NCBI RefSeq assembly: GCF_006345805.1
Contig: NC_043000.1
Coordinates: 71,610,001-71,674,000, forward strand
Origin: Octopus sinensis
Taxonomy: Eukaryota
Direction: 5' to 3'
DNA: 64,000 nt
A program made the translations under genes and the position numbers. This document shows positions 26,041-39,300 of the stretch, in pieces (position 1 is the stretch's first letter; the number at the start of each line of letters is the position of its first letter). The notes beneath the pieces are model-generated. The model did not search any database. It was not told the DNA's origin and was given only the letters and a program-made list of their open reading frames with translations.

Positions 26041-27479
26041 ATAAATGTACATGCATGTGTGGTGTGTTTTGTATTTATATTTGCATGTCTTTGTGCTATG
26101 TTTATCTCAACCACCAACCCACCACCACCATTGCTTGACAACAGGTGTTGATTTGTTTATGTCCCTGTGGTTCGGTAAAAGTAACTAATACTATAAGTAT
26201 CAGAAATAAAAAATAAGTACCAACTCAATTTGGTTCAGTCCCACTGCATGGCCTCTTGAGTAAGTATCTTGTACTATATCTCTATACTGACCAATGTGTT
26301 GTGAGTGAACTTCATAGACAGAAACTCTGAGGAAGTCCTTTGTGTATGTGTGTGCATGTGTATACATATGCCCTTCAAGGCAATGTCCTAGCATGGCTGC
26401 AGTCCAATGACTGAAACAAGTAAAAGATAAAAGATGCTTCATTTTTCTATTAACACATCTCTCCATACAGAAGCTGGTGAGCTGACAGAATCATTAGCAA
26501 GCCGGGCAAAATGTTTAGCTGCATTTCGTCCTTCTTTATGTTTTGAGTTGAAATTCCTCCAAGGTTGACTTTGGCTTTCATCCTTTTGGGGTCAATAAAA
26601 TAAGCATCAGTTGAGAACTGGGGATGATGGCCAAAATTTGAAACCAATATATTTCGCTATAGGATTTACTTTCATGTATATTTTTACTTCTATATTCATT
26701 TTCATTCACTTTCAGTTGTTCGTTTTCAACTTTAATTTCATTTGTCGTAACCAACTGATTCTCCAAACTGATTCCCTTACCTTGCTGTAACAAGCAATGG
26801 ATTCCAAAAACTCAGTTTCCTTTTCTTATCTCATTGCTTGCACCTGTTCTTAATCAGTCTGATTAAGAATCTGTCTAACATATACAAACTTGAAATAATG
26901 ATCAATGGAATCACATATCACTTTGACAACAACATAGATTACAGGGTAGTCAGAGCGGTGTGTGAGGTGTTTGTAAAATGGATTAGGTCAGTATATTCAA
27001 GAAGAGTGAACTTAATGCTGAGGCTTTTTACATTCGTTGTTTTTAATATATTCTTTTTGGCTTCTTGAATAGATTGTAGTTTAAGGATGGTTTAGTGTAA
27101 ATGATAATAATATGAAATATTAACTAAGGTGGTGAGCTAGTAGAATTGTTAACATGCCAGGCAAAATGCTTGGTGGCATTTCGCCCATCTTCATGTTGTT
27201 CTAAGTTCAGATTCTGCCAAGTTCAGCTTTGTCTTTCATCCCTTTGGGGTCAATAAAATATGCACCAGTTAAGCATTGAATCAATTTAATTGACTTAATC
27301 CCTCCCCAAATTTGCTGGCAAAATTTGAAACCAATAAAATATGTTAACTCAACTGATATGGACCAGTGCATTAGAAGAACTTATTTTATGAAGCCTGGAG
27401 TAATATGAGATAATTTCAACAACTTCTGAACATATTTGTAGGTAGAAACTTGAGGAATATACAAAAATACATCTAGTCT

Positions 27480-28155
27480 ACTTCTTTATCATGTTGTTTT
27501 TTTTGTTATTATGGCTGGGTTTCAACCTGAGCCACAGCAACAAAGTCTACCTGCCCCACTTGTCAGTCCATTATTACTGCCTTGAGATCCTAGATACATT
27601 CCAGGCCAATGTTTGCAATCAAGTTGTCAATGTAAGTGGGACGACCGTTTCTTTTTACATCACCATGAAGTAGGTTCCCCAGCATTAATTTGGATGTTAA
27701 CAATTCAGGGCAGTGCATGCAGTGATCCAGATAGTCGCAGTAGTCTTTGCCTGATCTTCTCACAAGCTTTCGCGGGCCTCCATAAAGGCATTCATTTATA
27801 TCTTGCTGCCATTTCACATTTAGGACCATTCATAGCATCCTTATGTAACATCCATTTAGCACATTTGATCATTTCTTTGTCGGTGTCCATGTTTCACTGC
27901 CATATAATAGCACTGATCTGACAGTTATAATGAACAGATTGATTTTGATTTGCCTGGGACATTTGGAGTTCCAGACCTTCTTTAGTTTGTGATAGGTTGT
28001 CCTTGCCTTCCTGATCTTGATGTCTGCTTCCAAAATGCTCACCCAAACATTTAAGTGCTTGAAGTTTTCAGCAACATACAATTTGGAACCACTCAGCACA
28101 AACAGTTCAGCATCACTTGATTGGCTGAAAGGCATGCATTCTGTTTTCTTAACAT
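27480..28155 (-). mobile_element. Degenerate RTE/RTEX-like LINE 3' fragment
   Basis: ..NFKHL..W...EADIKIRKA..YHKLKKVWNS..IKINLF...VRSVLLYGSETWT.. and ..GRPTYIDNL.. Confidence 0.75.
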
Positions 28156-29959
28156 TTGCAAAAGATCATTCAGTTTATGACTTTGAGTGAAATATTGGAC
28201 AATGCGGTGAGGTTTCCTGACTTTGGGATTGGTATGAAGTCAATCTCAGACCATCTCCGAATCCTCATGAAGCAGCGGAATATATCCCAGATCCGACAGC
28301 TAATGCAACAGATGAGATCATAATAAAACTGAAATATGTCTACTCCTGATATTGCTGAAGAATCAAAATATCTTTGTAGTTTAGGAGATTATTATAAAGT
28401 CTGTATTGCAATTGTCTTCAAACACACACACACACGTATTGATATTTATATATAATAATTACTACATGAAATTGCTTATTGTTGAAATATAATGCTCCTA
28501 TGTTAGACAAAGACCTCTAGAAAAACAAAAAATATAAAAAATAGAGCTCTTTCAAGATTTATGATAATATTAAAGCTTTAAAGTTTGTATAATAGCACTC
28601 ACCTCTTTTATAATTCTCTAGTTTCCTATGATTTTCACTGCTCGTTCAATAGCTTAATTGTGCCAGCCATGAAAATAAGCTGTACCAAACAAGAAATTCA
28701 TTTTTCAGGTTACAATTGTCATCTTAGAGAGTTGTTTCATGAATGCTGCACAATGGACCACTCAGCTACTATAACACACCACATGTTATCATCTCATCTT
28801 TTCAAAAGTCATTTTCAGTATTATCATTAATGGATATTCTGGAGTTTCAAACACTTTGTCAATGCAATATATGTACGAAGTCATAAACTAATCTATTGGA
28901 ATGAGGAAGGGAGTGTCACTGAAACTGAAGGGAGGTGTATGATGCATGCATGAAAATATTATTACTATGGTTAATGGGGTTGAGACATGGGTAATGAAAT
29001 GGGAATGGTTCAATGGATGAGTGGAGTAAGATTGAGGTGAGGTGGAGGTAAGATAACTAATTGCAGAAAATGATGGGAACACAGTGATGAATATTGTGAA
29101 GAGAAATGGGATGAAGTGGTTGGGTCATGTGCTGAGAAAGGATGAAAGTGACTGGGTAAGAAGAGAGATGGTAACAAATGTGGAAGGAAGAAGGGGAAAA
29201 CCAAGAATGATAGAAGAGAAGATGAAGGTAAGAGGATTGAGAGAAAAATTATGTTGAGGACAGGTCAAACTATATATGTCACAGGGATCCACAAGGCTAA
29301 GCAAGGAAAAGGGCCTTAAAATGCTTGTATTGAATTAATATAGCTTTTTCATCTGCAATAGTTGGTTCAATCTCTGTAAATAAGCATGGTAACCAGAACA
29401 ATTAATTATATCAGAAGATGTCTGAAACCAAGTCATTATGTGGTCGACACATGTTGGGTCTATGTTCTAAGAGAACATAGAATCTGAAGTAGACTTCAAA
29501 GGTTGAAAAAAAAATTATGAACATTTGCTGTTGCAATTATGAAAATTATTTTAATTATATTGATTGACAATTACAGTCAAACAATAACTTTACTTTTATA
29601 GATGGCTGTTGCTAAGAAATAACATAATGGTTGAGAAAATACAGCAATTCTTTAAACCTGTGATTATCTTTCCATTTCATTTCTATCAAAGTGTGAAAAT
29701 ATATTGCATTTAAAAACATATAATTATCACCAAATTGCCTTTTGGCATAATTTCAGATTATTTGTAAAACTGTATTAGGTGCAGGTTTGATTTTGTGGTG
29801 AGAAGCTTGCTTTTCAACTATATGGTTCTGGCTCCAGTTCTACAGTGTATCACCTCAGGCAAGTGTCTTCTATTATAGCCCTGGGCCAATCATAACCTTG
29901 TGAGTGGATTTGCGAGATGGAAACTGAAAGAGCCCTGTTGTGTGTGCAATGTGTGTGTG

Positions 29960-31005
29960 ACCATGCTACCACAAACATTGACCCAAGCTTCCATCCCATT
30001 ATGAAATGATTTGATTATTGTTACAAACTGATACGGGGCATCCAAGTTTGCCAAATATTTTCCATAGGGAGGCCCTATTCACAGTATCAAAGACCTTGGT
30101 TAAATCAACGAATACCTGGACAAGATCCATATTCTGCTCATATCACTTCTTCTGCATCTGTCTCAGTGTGAAAATCATATCCATCGTTCCTCTTCCAGGT
30201 TGGAAACCACATTGAGATTCAGATAGGACATCATTTACAAGATACCTATTCAGGCAAGTAAGAAGAATACTTGCCACAACCTTGCCAGCAGCTGATAGTA
30301 GCGCAATACCTCTGTAGTTTCCACACTCTACTCTGGCTCTGTTTCCTTTATAAAGAGGAAAAATAATTGCATCCTTCCAATTCTTAGGCATTGCACTATC
30401 CCCCAGATTACACTAATAAGTTCATGAAGGGATTGTGTGATGTGATCACCACCAAATCACAGGACCTTTACTCATGTGAGTCATGGACCCTTTACAAACG
30501 TCACGTAAAGGTCCTTGAATGCTTCCATCAAAGATGTCTGAGACACATTCTGAATGTTGGCTGGACCTTAAAAACTCCAGAATGAATGATAACAGAATCC
30601 CTCAACAGATACTATATGGGGAACTTGTTGGTGGAAAGCAACACCGGCAGAAGCCAAGACTGTGACTTAAGGGCTGTGTAAAGTCCTCATTAAAGGCCTG
30701 TAAAATGTGGGAGGCTAACTGGGAGAGCATCACCATGAATGGAGGGAATAGGTAAAGGGGGAAGTCGATACTTTTGAAAGAGCATGTATTCTTCATGAAG
30801 AATTTAAGTGTGCTGCTCGAAAATGCACTGCTAATGTAATGAATGGGAAAAGCTTAGTCTGCAATCATATATGTTTGTCAAGAGCAGGACTCACTAGTCA
30901 CCAACGGAGCTGCAAGTATAAAGTATAAGGTAGCCTTGAGTGCACTATGTTCCTAAAGGTCAGTAATGGTTTTTCTCAGTCACAAGTGGACAGCCATTAA
31001 GTATG
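29960..31005. mobile_element. RTE LINE insertion with inverted 5' segment (minus ~29960-30460, plus ~30465-31005) inside a SINE
   Basis: Minus: WKDAIIFPLYKG..CGNYRGIALLSAAGK..SESQCGFQPGRGTMDMIFTLRQ..FVDLTK. Plus: LYSCESWTLYKRHVKVLECFHQRCLRHIL..RIPQQILYGEL. Confidence 0.8.
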
Positions 31006-31474
31006 TATGAATGAATGAATGCATGTGAGTGTATTTGTGTCTTTGTGTTTGTTCCCAAACACTGACAACCAGTGTTAGTTTGTTTATATCCCCATAGCTT
31101 AGCTGTTCAGTAGAAAGATACTGATAGAATACATACCAAGCTTAAAAATAAGTCCTGGAGGCGATTTGTTAAACTAAATCCTTCAAGTCAATGGCCCTGT
31201 ATGGTCATAGTCCAAAGAATGAAATAAGCGAAAGACAGAAATATAAAGACCATTCGATGTGGTTTAAATTTGATAAAAGAGTTAAGGTGAAAAATGCAAT
31301 TGTGTTGGAAAACAGAAATACCAAATATAATTTAGAACACTCACTGGAAAATTTGGCTTTGGAGAGTCTGAGTCAAAGGATATGAAGCTAATAATCACCA
31401 GAAATGTCTGTTCCAGAGAACAGGAAACATCAGAGCAATGACAAGTTGGAATTTTTTTATTGAGGAGTGGTGAC

Positions 31475-31982
31475 TTGTTGTTGTTGTTGTGACCCTCTTT
31501 GGTCATGAATGACCATGGGATTGCACCTAGAAAGTTACCCTCCGAGGCACAAGTCTAGGTAAGGTTGTTTATGGAAGACCAGCAGTCGCCCATGCATACC
31601 GGCCTCTCCTCTCCATGCCACTGATGATATACAAGGGAAAGGAAAAGGAGCCGATACAGCTAGGCACCAGTGACATCGCAGCTCCTTTATTAACGTGCAA
31701 GTGGCTGGCACTCCACAGACACATGTACCCTTAACGTAGTTCTCGAGGAGATTCAGTATGACACAGAGTGTGACAAGGCTGACCCTTTGAAATACAGGTA
31801 CAACAGAAACAGGAAGAAAGAGTGAGAGAAAGTTGTGGTGAAAGAGTACAGCAGGGTTCACCACCACCCCCTGTTGGAGCCTCGTGGAACTTTAGGTGTT
31901 TCCACTCAATAAACACTCACAATGCCCAGTCTTGGAATCGAAACCACGATCCTATGACTGCGAGTCTGCTGCCCTAACCACT
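31475..31982 (-). mobile_element. tRNA-derived SINE with (CAA)n tail
   Basis: Minus-strand head ..TGGTTAGGGCAGCAGACTCGC..GGTTTCGATTCC and tail ...GGTCACAACAACAAC. The 3' part is shared with 56385-56722 and 19745-19822. Confidence 0.75.
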
Positions 31983-32709
31983 GAAATTGTGATCTGACAC
32001 ATAGATATTACAATAGATGCCTTATGAATACAGTTGAGTATCTTGCAGACCAGAACAAAAACCAGGTAACTGTTAGTAATCATTGTGAAATATCTTTATA
32101 TATCTTTGCATCATTATAGAAGCGTAATCAGTCATAATGTGGATAGATTTAGCAAGATTCATCAGTAATTTCTGCATTTTGTTTTGCTTGAACAAGGTCA
32201 GAAATTTGCGTGTAAAGGAATAGTCAATTATATTATATACCCAAGAAATTGTCTGGTACTTTATTTTTATCAATCCTGAAAGCATAAAGGGCAAAGTTAA
32301 CCTTGTAGCATTTGGAGTTTAAACTTAGAGTGATCCTAATAATTGTGCCAAACCAACTGCCTTCCACTTTAATGAGCAATAAAGACTATTTGATTACCTA
32401 GATTTTGAAATGAATAAGTTTGAAATGAATAAGTGAAAATGCAGAGGTTATAGAAGTTAGTTGTAACGAAGTGTGTGGAGAGACAACGAACGATAAATTC
32501 ATCTAAAAAAAAAGAAACACATTAGAGTTTTTGCATGTGTGTGTGTGAAACGAAGTAAAAATATAATATTAAAACAAAATATCTTTTTCCTACCCCTTAA
32601 AATCACTGGATATAATATATATAATAATCCCAGATTGTAGAATAGATTTGAAAAACTAAAGCATTTTCCCTTTGCGATTTTTGGCGCCGAAATGAATTTC
32701 ATGTTTGTG

Positions 32710-32773
<64 letters not shown>

Positions 32774-33799
32774 AGGAGGGGAGATAGAGGGGGAGTGAGA
32801 GAGTGAGTGACGAAGTTTTCCTAAACTTTGAATGGTGTAACAAATAGCATAATTATGTATATCCTGATCATCATCATTTAACGTCTGCTTTCCATGCTGG
32901 CATGGGTTGGATGGTTTGACTGAGGACTGGTAAGCCAGGAGGCTGCAATCAGGCTCCAGTCTGTTCTGGCAAGGTTTCTACAGCTGGATGCCCTTCCTAA
33001 CACCAACCACTCCGAGAGTATACTGGGTGCTTTTCAAGTTCCACTGGTTCAGGGACCAGTCAGATGGTACTGGCATCGATCACGCTCGAATGGTACTCTT
33101 TACGTGCCGCAGGCACTGGCATCGAATTTTGAAAACGTGTTTTATGCATATTCGGAATCTCCGTCATCGAAAACATAGGATTCCGGTGAAAAAAAATCGG
33201 AAAGGTCAGTTTAGGGGGTTGGGGTGGGGGTTGACTGTCTCCAGTTCCATCTCTAAAATAATGGGTAACGAAAGAAATAGCAAAAAAATTTGCACCCCAC
33301 CTCGTTATCCGAACCCAAAACGGTTTTGTAACATATTAGGTCACCGGAATTCATTCAAAAAAAAAAAAAAATTCAATGATTCCGAGATAGGGGGAAGGTC
33401 CGGTTTTCCACCCCCCCTTTTTTTTCGAACAAAAATAAGGGGTTTGCAGCATATTTAGAGGTGAGTCTACTTGATTCCACGCAAAAAATCCGAGTTTTTT
33501 CTCTTAGTGAAAATCGTGCGGGTGTAAAGATCAATGGGTGTAGGGGTGAAATTTCCGAGGCTTCCCTCTCACCCCACCCCGTTTTCCGGACCCAAAAAGG
33601 GTTTTGTAGCATATTATGAGGTCACCGGAATTCATTCAACGAACAAAAAATTCAATGATTCCATGATGGGGAGGGGATCCGGTCCACCCCCTTTTTTCCG
33701 AACAAAAATAAGGGGTTTGCAGCATATTATGAGGTCAGGGTACTTGATTCCCCGCAAAAAATCCGAGTTTTTATTTCTTAGTGAAAGAATCAAATAATA

Positions 33800-34260
33800 C
33801 CCGGGTATGACCTCACAGTCCACATTCCACTACTGAACCCTTATGCCTCCCTTAAGATGGCACATCCACTCTCAACATATATGTCACTTTCTTCCATCTT
33901 TTCTCGTATATACTTAGTGGCAAGTACCACCTCCCTTGCCTTATTTTTCTCTTGAGTTGGGAAACTAAGAAGCTTACCGACCCTGGAGATGAAGTCGCCT
34001 GTCACTTCTTTCATGCGAGACTTCCGTACAACCTCTTTTGCAATCGCAGCTACAGCGAGAAAACAGACCTTCCTTTCCCTTTTCAGAGAGGGTGGTGGAA
34101 CAATCTTTATAATTGACTCGGAAGACAGCAACTGTTCAACATAAACACACAACTCCGATAGTTTCGGACATTGCACAATAGCGTGCAGAACAGTTTTACT
34201 GCTCTGCTCGCATTTTTGGGCAAGTGAGCTAGCATGAAGAGCCATGCTTGGTGAGTTTAT
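33800..34260 (-). mobile_element. Tx1/L1-clade LINE 3' fragment (C-terminal zinc-finger region)
   Basis: KCEQSSKTVLHAIVQCP (zf-RVT-like C..C....ET..H....CP), followed by ..AVAAIAKEVVRKSR.., degenerate. Confidence 0.6.
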
Positions 34261-35441
34261 CTCGAACTGATAAGGCTCCTCGGTAACGTTGCTAAGCCAG
34301 AGACTTTTGGAAGTTATCCAAAAGCCCCGGCCCGAATGTCCTTCGGAACAAACCAGCAAGCTGACCTTCGTCGAAGCAAGCAAGGAATGTGTATTTACAT
34401 TGATTGCGTCGTTTTATTTTAAACTGCTCGACGTTTGAGTTAGCAGTAGCAGCAACCTCCAACTATTAGTCGTGGTCGCTGCGACGTATTTCGGTTAAAC
34501 ACCACGGACGAGGGTAAAGTTGACAAGGTGTTCTATCGAACATCGGCTTGCCGGGACCTCTTCGTCCTTTACAAGTCGGTCTTCCCCATTGGGGCTAAGA
34601 TAAGCTACGTATATAACAAGATCGTCCGGATACACAAGAGATACAGTGACAACAGCCAACCCTGTACACTGGCGAACTGCCCTATTCGCATACTAACATG
34701 TGCCTACGTACCTAAGTAGTATACCAGATAGGTTGCTCCGAGTGCAACAGCTATCACGTCAGTAGCTTGTAATAGTATTTGTAAGACAACTAGAAACAAA
34801 TACAAAAAAGAAGTCAGTATTCGTTTGTGAGCAATAGATGGAAAGGCTGCTTCATTAGTTCATTGAAAAAGTTATACCTAGTGTGTTTACATACGTTGTA
34901 AATAACCTAAGCAACTTAACAAATCGTTGAGTACAAATCGTTTATCACAGCAATAAATAAAGTCAAGGCTTATGCTCTCCATCCCCCACTGTTTCAACAG
35001 TCTGCATTGGGTTAATGTTGACATTATTATCCGGAACGAAATCCAGAAAAAAGTGCAACGGTTGTAAAAAAAAAAGGTGTAGAAACCGAATCTGAAAACA
35101 AAAATGTGCGGAGAGTAATAAGGGAGTGGGGAGAAGCCTTCGGAAAATCACAAGATCCGATGTTTTTCCCTCATAACTTTTAGGAAAATAGGTTTCTTTC
35201 AATGAAATTCTATATAAATACCTTTCAAACGGTATAGATTACGATTATAAAGAAATCTGTGGGGAAAAATCTTTTTCGATAGGTTGGGGAGAGAGGACTT
35301 CGGAAAACTCACAGATTCACAGATCAGAATTTTCCCCTCGTAACTTTGAGAGAAAATATAAACCTTTTGAAATCCAAATTAGGCTTTCCTCAGGAACTTG
35401 GATGCTAAACATCCCTTTGAAGGCTTCGGGTCGTTCTTCTT

Positions 35442-35475
<34 letters not shown>

Positions 35476-35519
35476 ACACAACCACACCATACGCCATATG
35501 CCTACGGGCCTATGGCGTA

Positions 35520-35619
35520 NNNNNNNNNNNNNNNNNNNNNNNNNNNNNNNNNNNNNNNNNNNNNNNNNNNNNNNNNNNNNNNNNNNNNNNNNNNNNNNNN
35601 NNNNNNNNNNNNNNNNNNN
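35520..35619. other. Assembly gap (100 N)
   Basis: Run of N. Confidence 1.
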
Positions 35620-36135
35620 ATTATACATAATATGCAAATACGAGGCGAAGCTGAAAATAATAATATAAACAATTGACGACTAGGGATCAAAGGGATAATA
35701 CTAATACTAATAATAATAATAATAATAAGGCCGGAACCGATGGTCAACGATAACTAATGAATTATAACATAATATGCAATACGAGGCGAAGCTGAAAATA
35801 ATAATAATAAACAAATTGACGACTAGGGGATCAAAGGGATAATACTAATACTAATAATAATAATAATAATAAGGTCGGAACCGATGGTCAACGATAACTA
35901 ATGAATTATACATAATTGCAATACGAGGCGAAAGCTGAAAATAATAATAATAAACAAATTGACGACTAGGGTCAAAGGGATAATACTAATACTATAATAA
36001 TAATAATAATAAGGCCGGAACCGATGGTCAACGATAACTAATGAATTATACATAATATGCAATACGAGGCGAAGCTGAAAATAATAATAATAAACAAACC
36101 AATTGACGACTGGGATCAAAGGGATAATACTAATT
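35620..36135. repeat. ~140-bp tandem repeat (about 3.5 units visible) abutting the gap
   Basis: Unit ATTATACATAATATGCAATACGAGGCGAAGCTGAAA..GACGACTAGGGATCAAAGGG..(TAA)n..GGCCGGAACCGATGGTCAACG. Confidence 0.9.
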
Positions 36136-36364
36136 ACTACTACTACTACTACTACTACTCTACTACTACTATAATAATAATAATAATAATAACAGCTAAA
36201 ACCACTAGAGATCAGACAAATTTGCATGAGAATATTACTGGTACAGATTACGGGATGAATTAGATTAGAAAGATTTTCTTATCTTGGAAACATTTCGTTT
36301 TCGCCTGATACGGCAGAATGGATTTGAAATCAAGAAATGAGGCAGGTCACTTGACTGGCTCGCT

Positions 36365-39300
36365 TATCAAAATAAAAACATGATGCCAAAGATTCAGCGG
36401 TACATATGTTTCGGGCTTTTATTAGACGGATTTATAACAATGCATAATGTGTGTCTGTGGCCTTCTTCAGCCGCGCACAACTACTTCCACAAGGACATGT
36501 ATTACATCAAAAATTCTTGGTTGGGGATGCAAATCCTCTCATTCGCGTACGACATAATGCGGCAACAGCATAAAAATGAAGCGTCCATCTCGTCCTTCTC
36601 TCAATGTAGAATGAGGAAGTTTGGATGTTGAGGTAATATAAATAAATGAATAAATAAATATATACATATATAAATACAGACAGACGTGAAGGAACCTGGT
36701 AATAAGAGTAAATAGAGATGGAGGGGCGAGAATTCAGGACGAAGGATAAAAAATATATAAAAAGTGTAAGTATAGAAAAATATAAAAATGTAGAGTATAA
36801 AGATATAAAGAGATATAAAAAATATAAAAAAATATAAATGAATATAAAGGTATAAAGTTATAAAAATAAAAATAATAAAAAATGTAAAAGAATATAAGGA
36901 TAAGGGATATATAGTAGTTACGGACCAAACATGGTGGTCAGGAAATGACAATTCTGGTTGTAGAAGTCTGGGATGTCATAAATCAAACCGGGGCGTCTGG
37001 GGACCTAGTGTATTGTAAATCAGAGTTGTTGAGCAGCTTATCTAGTTCTTCGTAACGTATTAAGTGGTCATCTTGTACATACGTACCCGCATGGATACAT
37101 ACACCATATACACGCGCACATATACGCACGCATACACAGCTACACGCATACAAGCATACATACGTACACACGTGTAAACATATACAGATATATATGGAAA
37201 AAGGCGCATGTAGTTGGGTACACGAACCGACGCGCACACGTACGTACATACATACACTCTCATGTGTTCATATAGGCACACTCGCACTTACATGCATTTA
37301 CAAGACGAAGTGAATCTCTATGGGTGTGGGCAGGAATATGTATACACCTGCACTCGCGTCCACCCCCACGCACATGGGGCAGTAGATCCCTATGCCTATA
37401 CACAAAGGTATGCATATGCACAGACACAGCTATAACAAAAGGATCCGTTCTTGCACGCGGGCAAGATACGGAGTCATAGTGGGTACATTAGGTAGACATG
37501 AACGTAAGAAATTGCGGGCAAAAGATTTTAACATAATATGCATATATATACACGGACAATATACATATACACATACACACACATACGCATATATATATAC
37601 ACACAACAGAATATGCATATATATACACGGACAATATACATGTACATATATATATACACACACACACATACGCATATATATATACACACACACATATGCA
37701 TACATATATATGCACATATATACATATACATTTATACACATATACATACACACACATATACACACACCCATACCCGCACACGCACATATATACATGTGTG
37801 CATACATGCACACCCACGTGTGCATACATGCACACCCATGTGTGCATACATACACGCATATATACATACACACGGACCCACGCGCACGTATCCACACGCA
37901 CACACACACACATCTGTGTGTCTATACGTGCGTGTGCGCATACACTTACATACACATACACAGACACCCACACATATAGGTATAGATATAAGATATTAAA
38001 ATATGTATAACAAATGTATATAAGAAATCTACAAACGCAGTAAAGAAACGGACCCACGCACACGTGTGTACCGCACACGCCACACATCTGTGTGTCTATA
38101 CGTGCGTGTACACACATACACTTACATACACATACACAGACACACACACATATAGGTATAGATATAAGATTTAAAAGATGTATAAAAAAAATGTATATAA
38201 GAAATCTACAAAAGCATGTAAAAAATTATTAAGAAGTATAACGGGGGGGTACACATCTAGACACAGATATTTACTCATACATACGCATACACATGTATAC
38301 ATATAACATACATACAAAGACACACGTATAATCAAAAGCGGATACATAGATAAGTAAATAAGGAAAAAAGCTAAAAATAGACATATAGAGATATAAAGTA
38401 ATAAAATAGGGGTAAAAATAGGAGTAAGAATAAGGGTAAGAATAAGAATTAGAAATAAAAATAGAATAAATATAAAAATTAGAAATAAAATATAAAAATT
38501 ATAAAAACTATAAAATTTAAAATAAAGAATGAAAATAAAAATAAGAATAAAGTAAAGTAAAATAAAATAGATTAAAAATAAAATAAAAATGTAATCGGGT
38601 AAAGCTTAACATGGGATGAGGTAAAAATAAAAGGTGGTTGAAAAGTAAAGTTAAAGTGTGTGCTAAAGGTGACCACGTAGGGCAGGGGCGGGGGGGGAAC
38701 TGAAAATTGGAAGGGTGGGAAGCGGGGTTGGTGGTGTTGCGCTCAACATCAGAGTTAGAAATGGAAAAAGGTTATAGATATAGGGAAACAAAAAATCTCA
38801 GATAGGAAGAATGTAGGTATTGTAGGAGAAGAAATATATAGGAAAAAAACATATATGGGAGACAAAATGTGTATATATAGGAAAATATATATATAGGAAA
38901 ACGGGATGCGCTGGAGCGGACAGGTTGCACTTGGGTGGGAGGAAATTGCATGGGGAGTTGGTATAATAGCCCAAGTTTGTAGTATTTGAAGTATTAATAA
39001 GCTTGTGTATACAAGATGGCTTGAACTCTGATCTTTTGTTAATAAGATTGTGTTTCTCCTTGAATTTCAAGATATTCAGGAGTTCTACAAACATAGTTGG
39101 CATCCTGCTCTATTATTTAAAAGGGTGCAGCTGATCCGATGATGACCACCTGAGTTTGAAACCTATGCTTTGTCTTTTAATTCCCAAATTTTCTAGAAAG
39201 GGAGCTGCTGTTAGCTTTATGTCTATGCTTAAAACGAGGACCGGTGGTGTTGTAGTATCTAGATTTCCAGGAGGTCGAGCAAACTATGTAGGTGAGTGTG

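Noticed and set aside
34655-34665. Telomerase RNA template (CCAACCCT)
   Set aside because: Does not match the CTAACCCT template needed for TTAGGG, and no other supporting elements were identified.
36380-36631. 83-aa ORF conserved with 50344-50595
   Set aside because: It is antisense to the PLE hammerhead region. Repeat homology explains the similarity and there is no protein motif.
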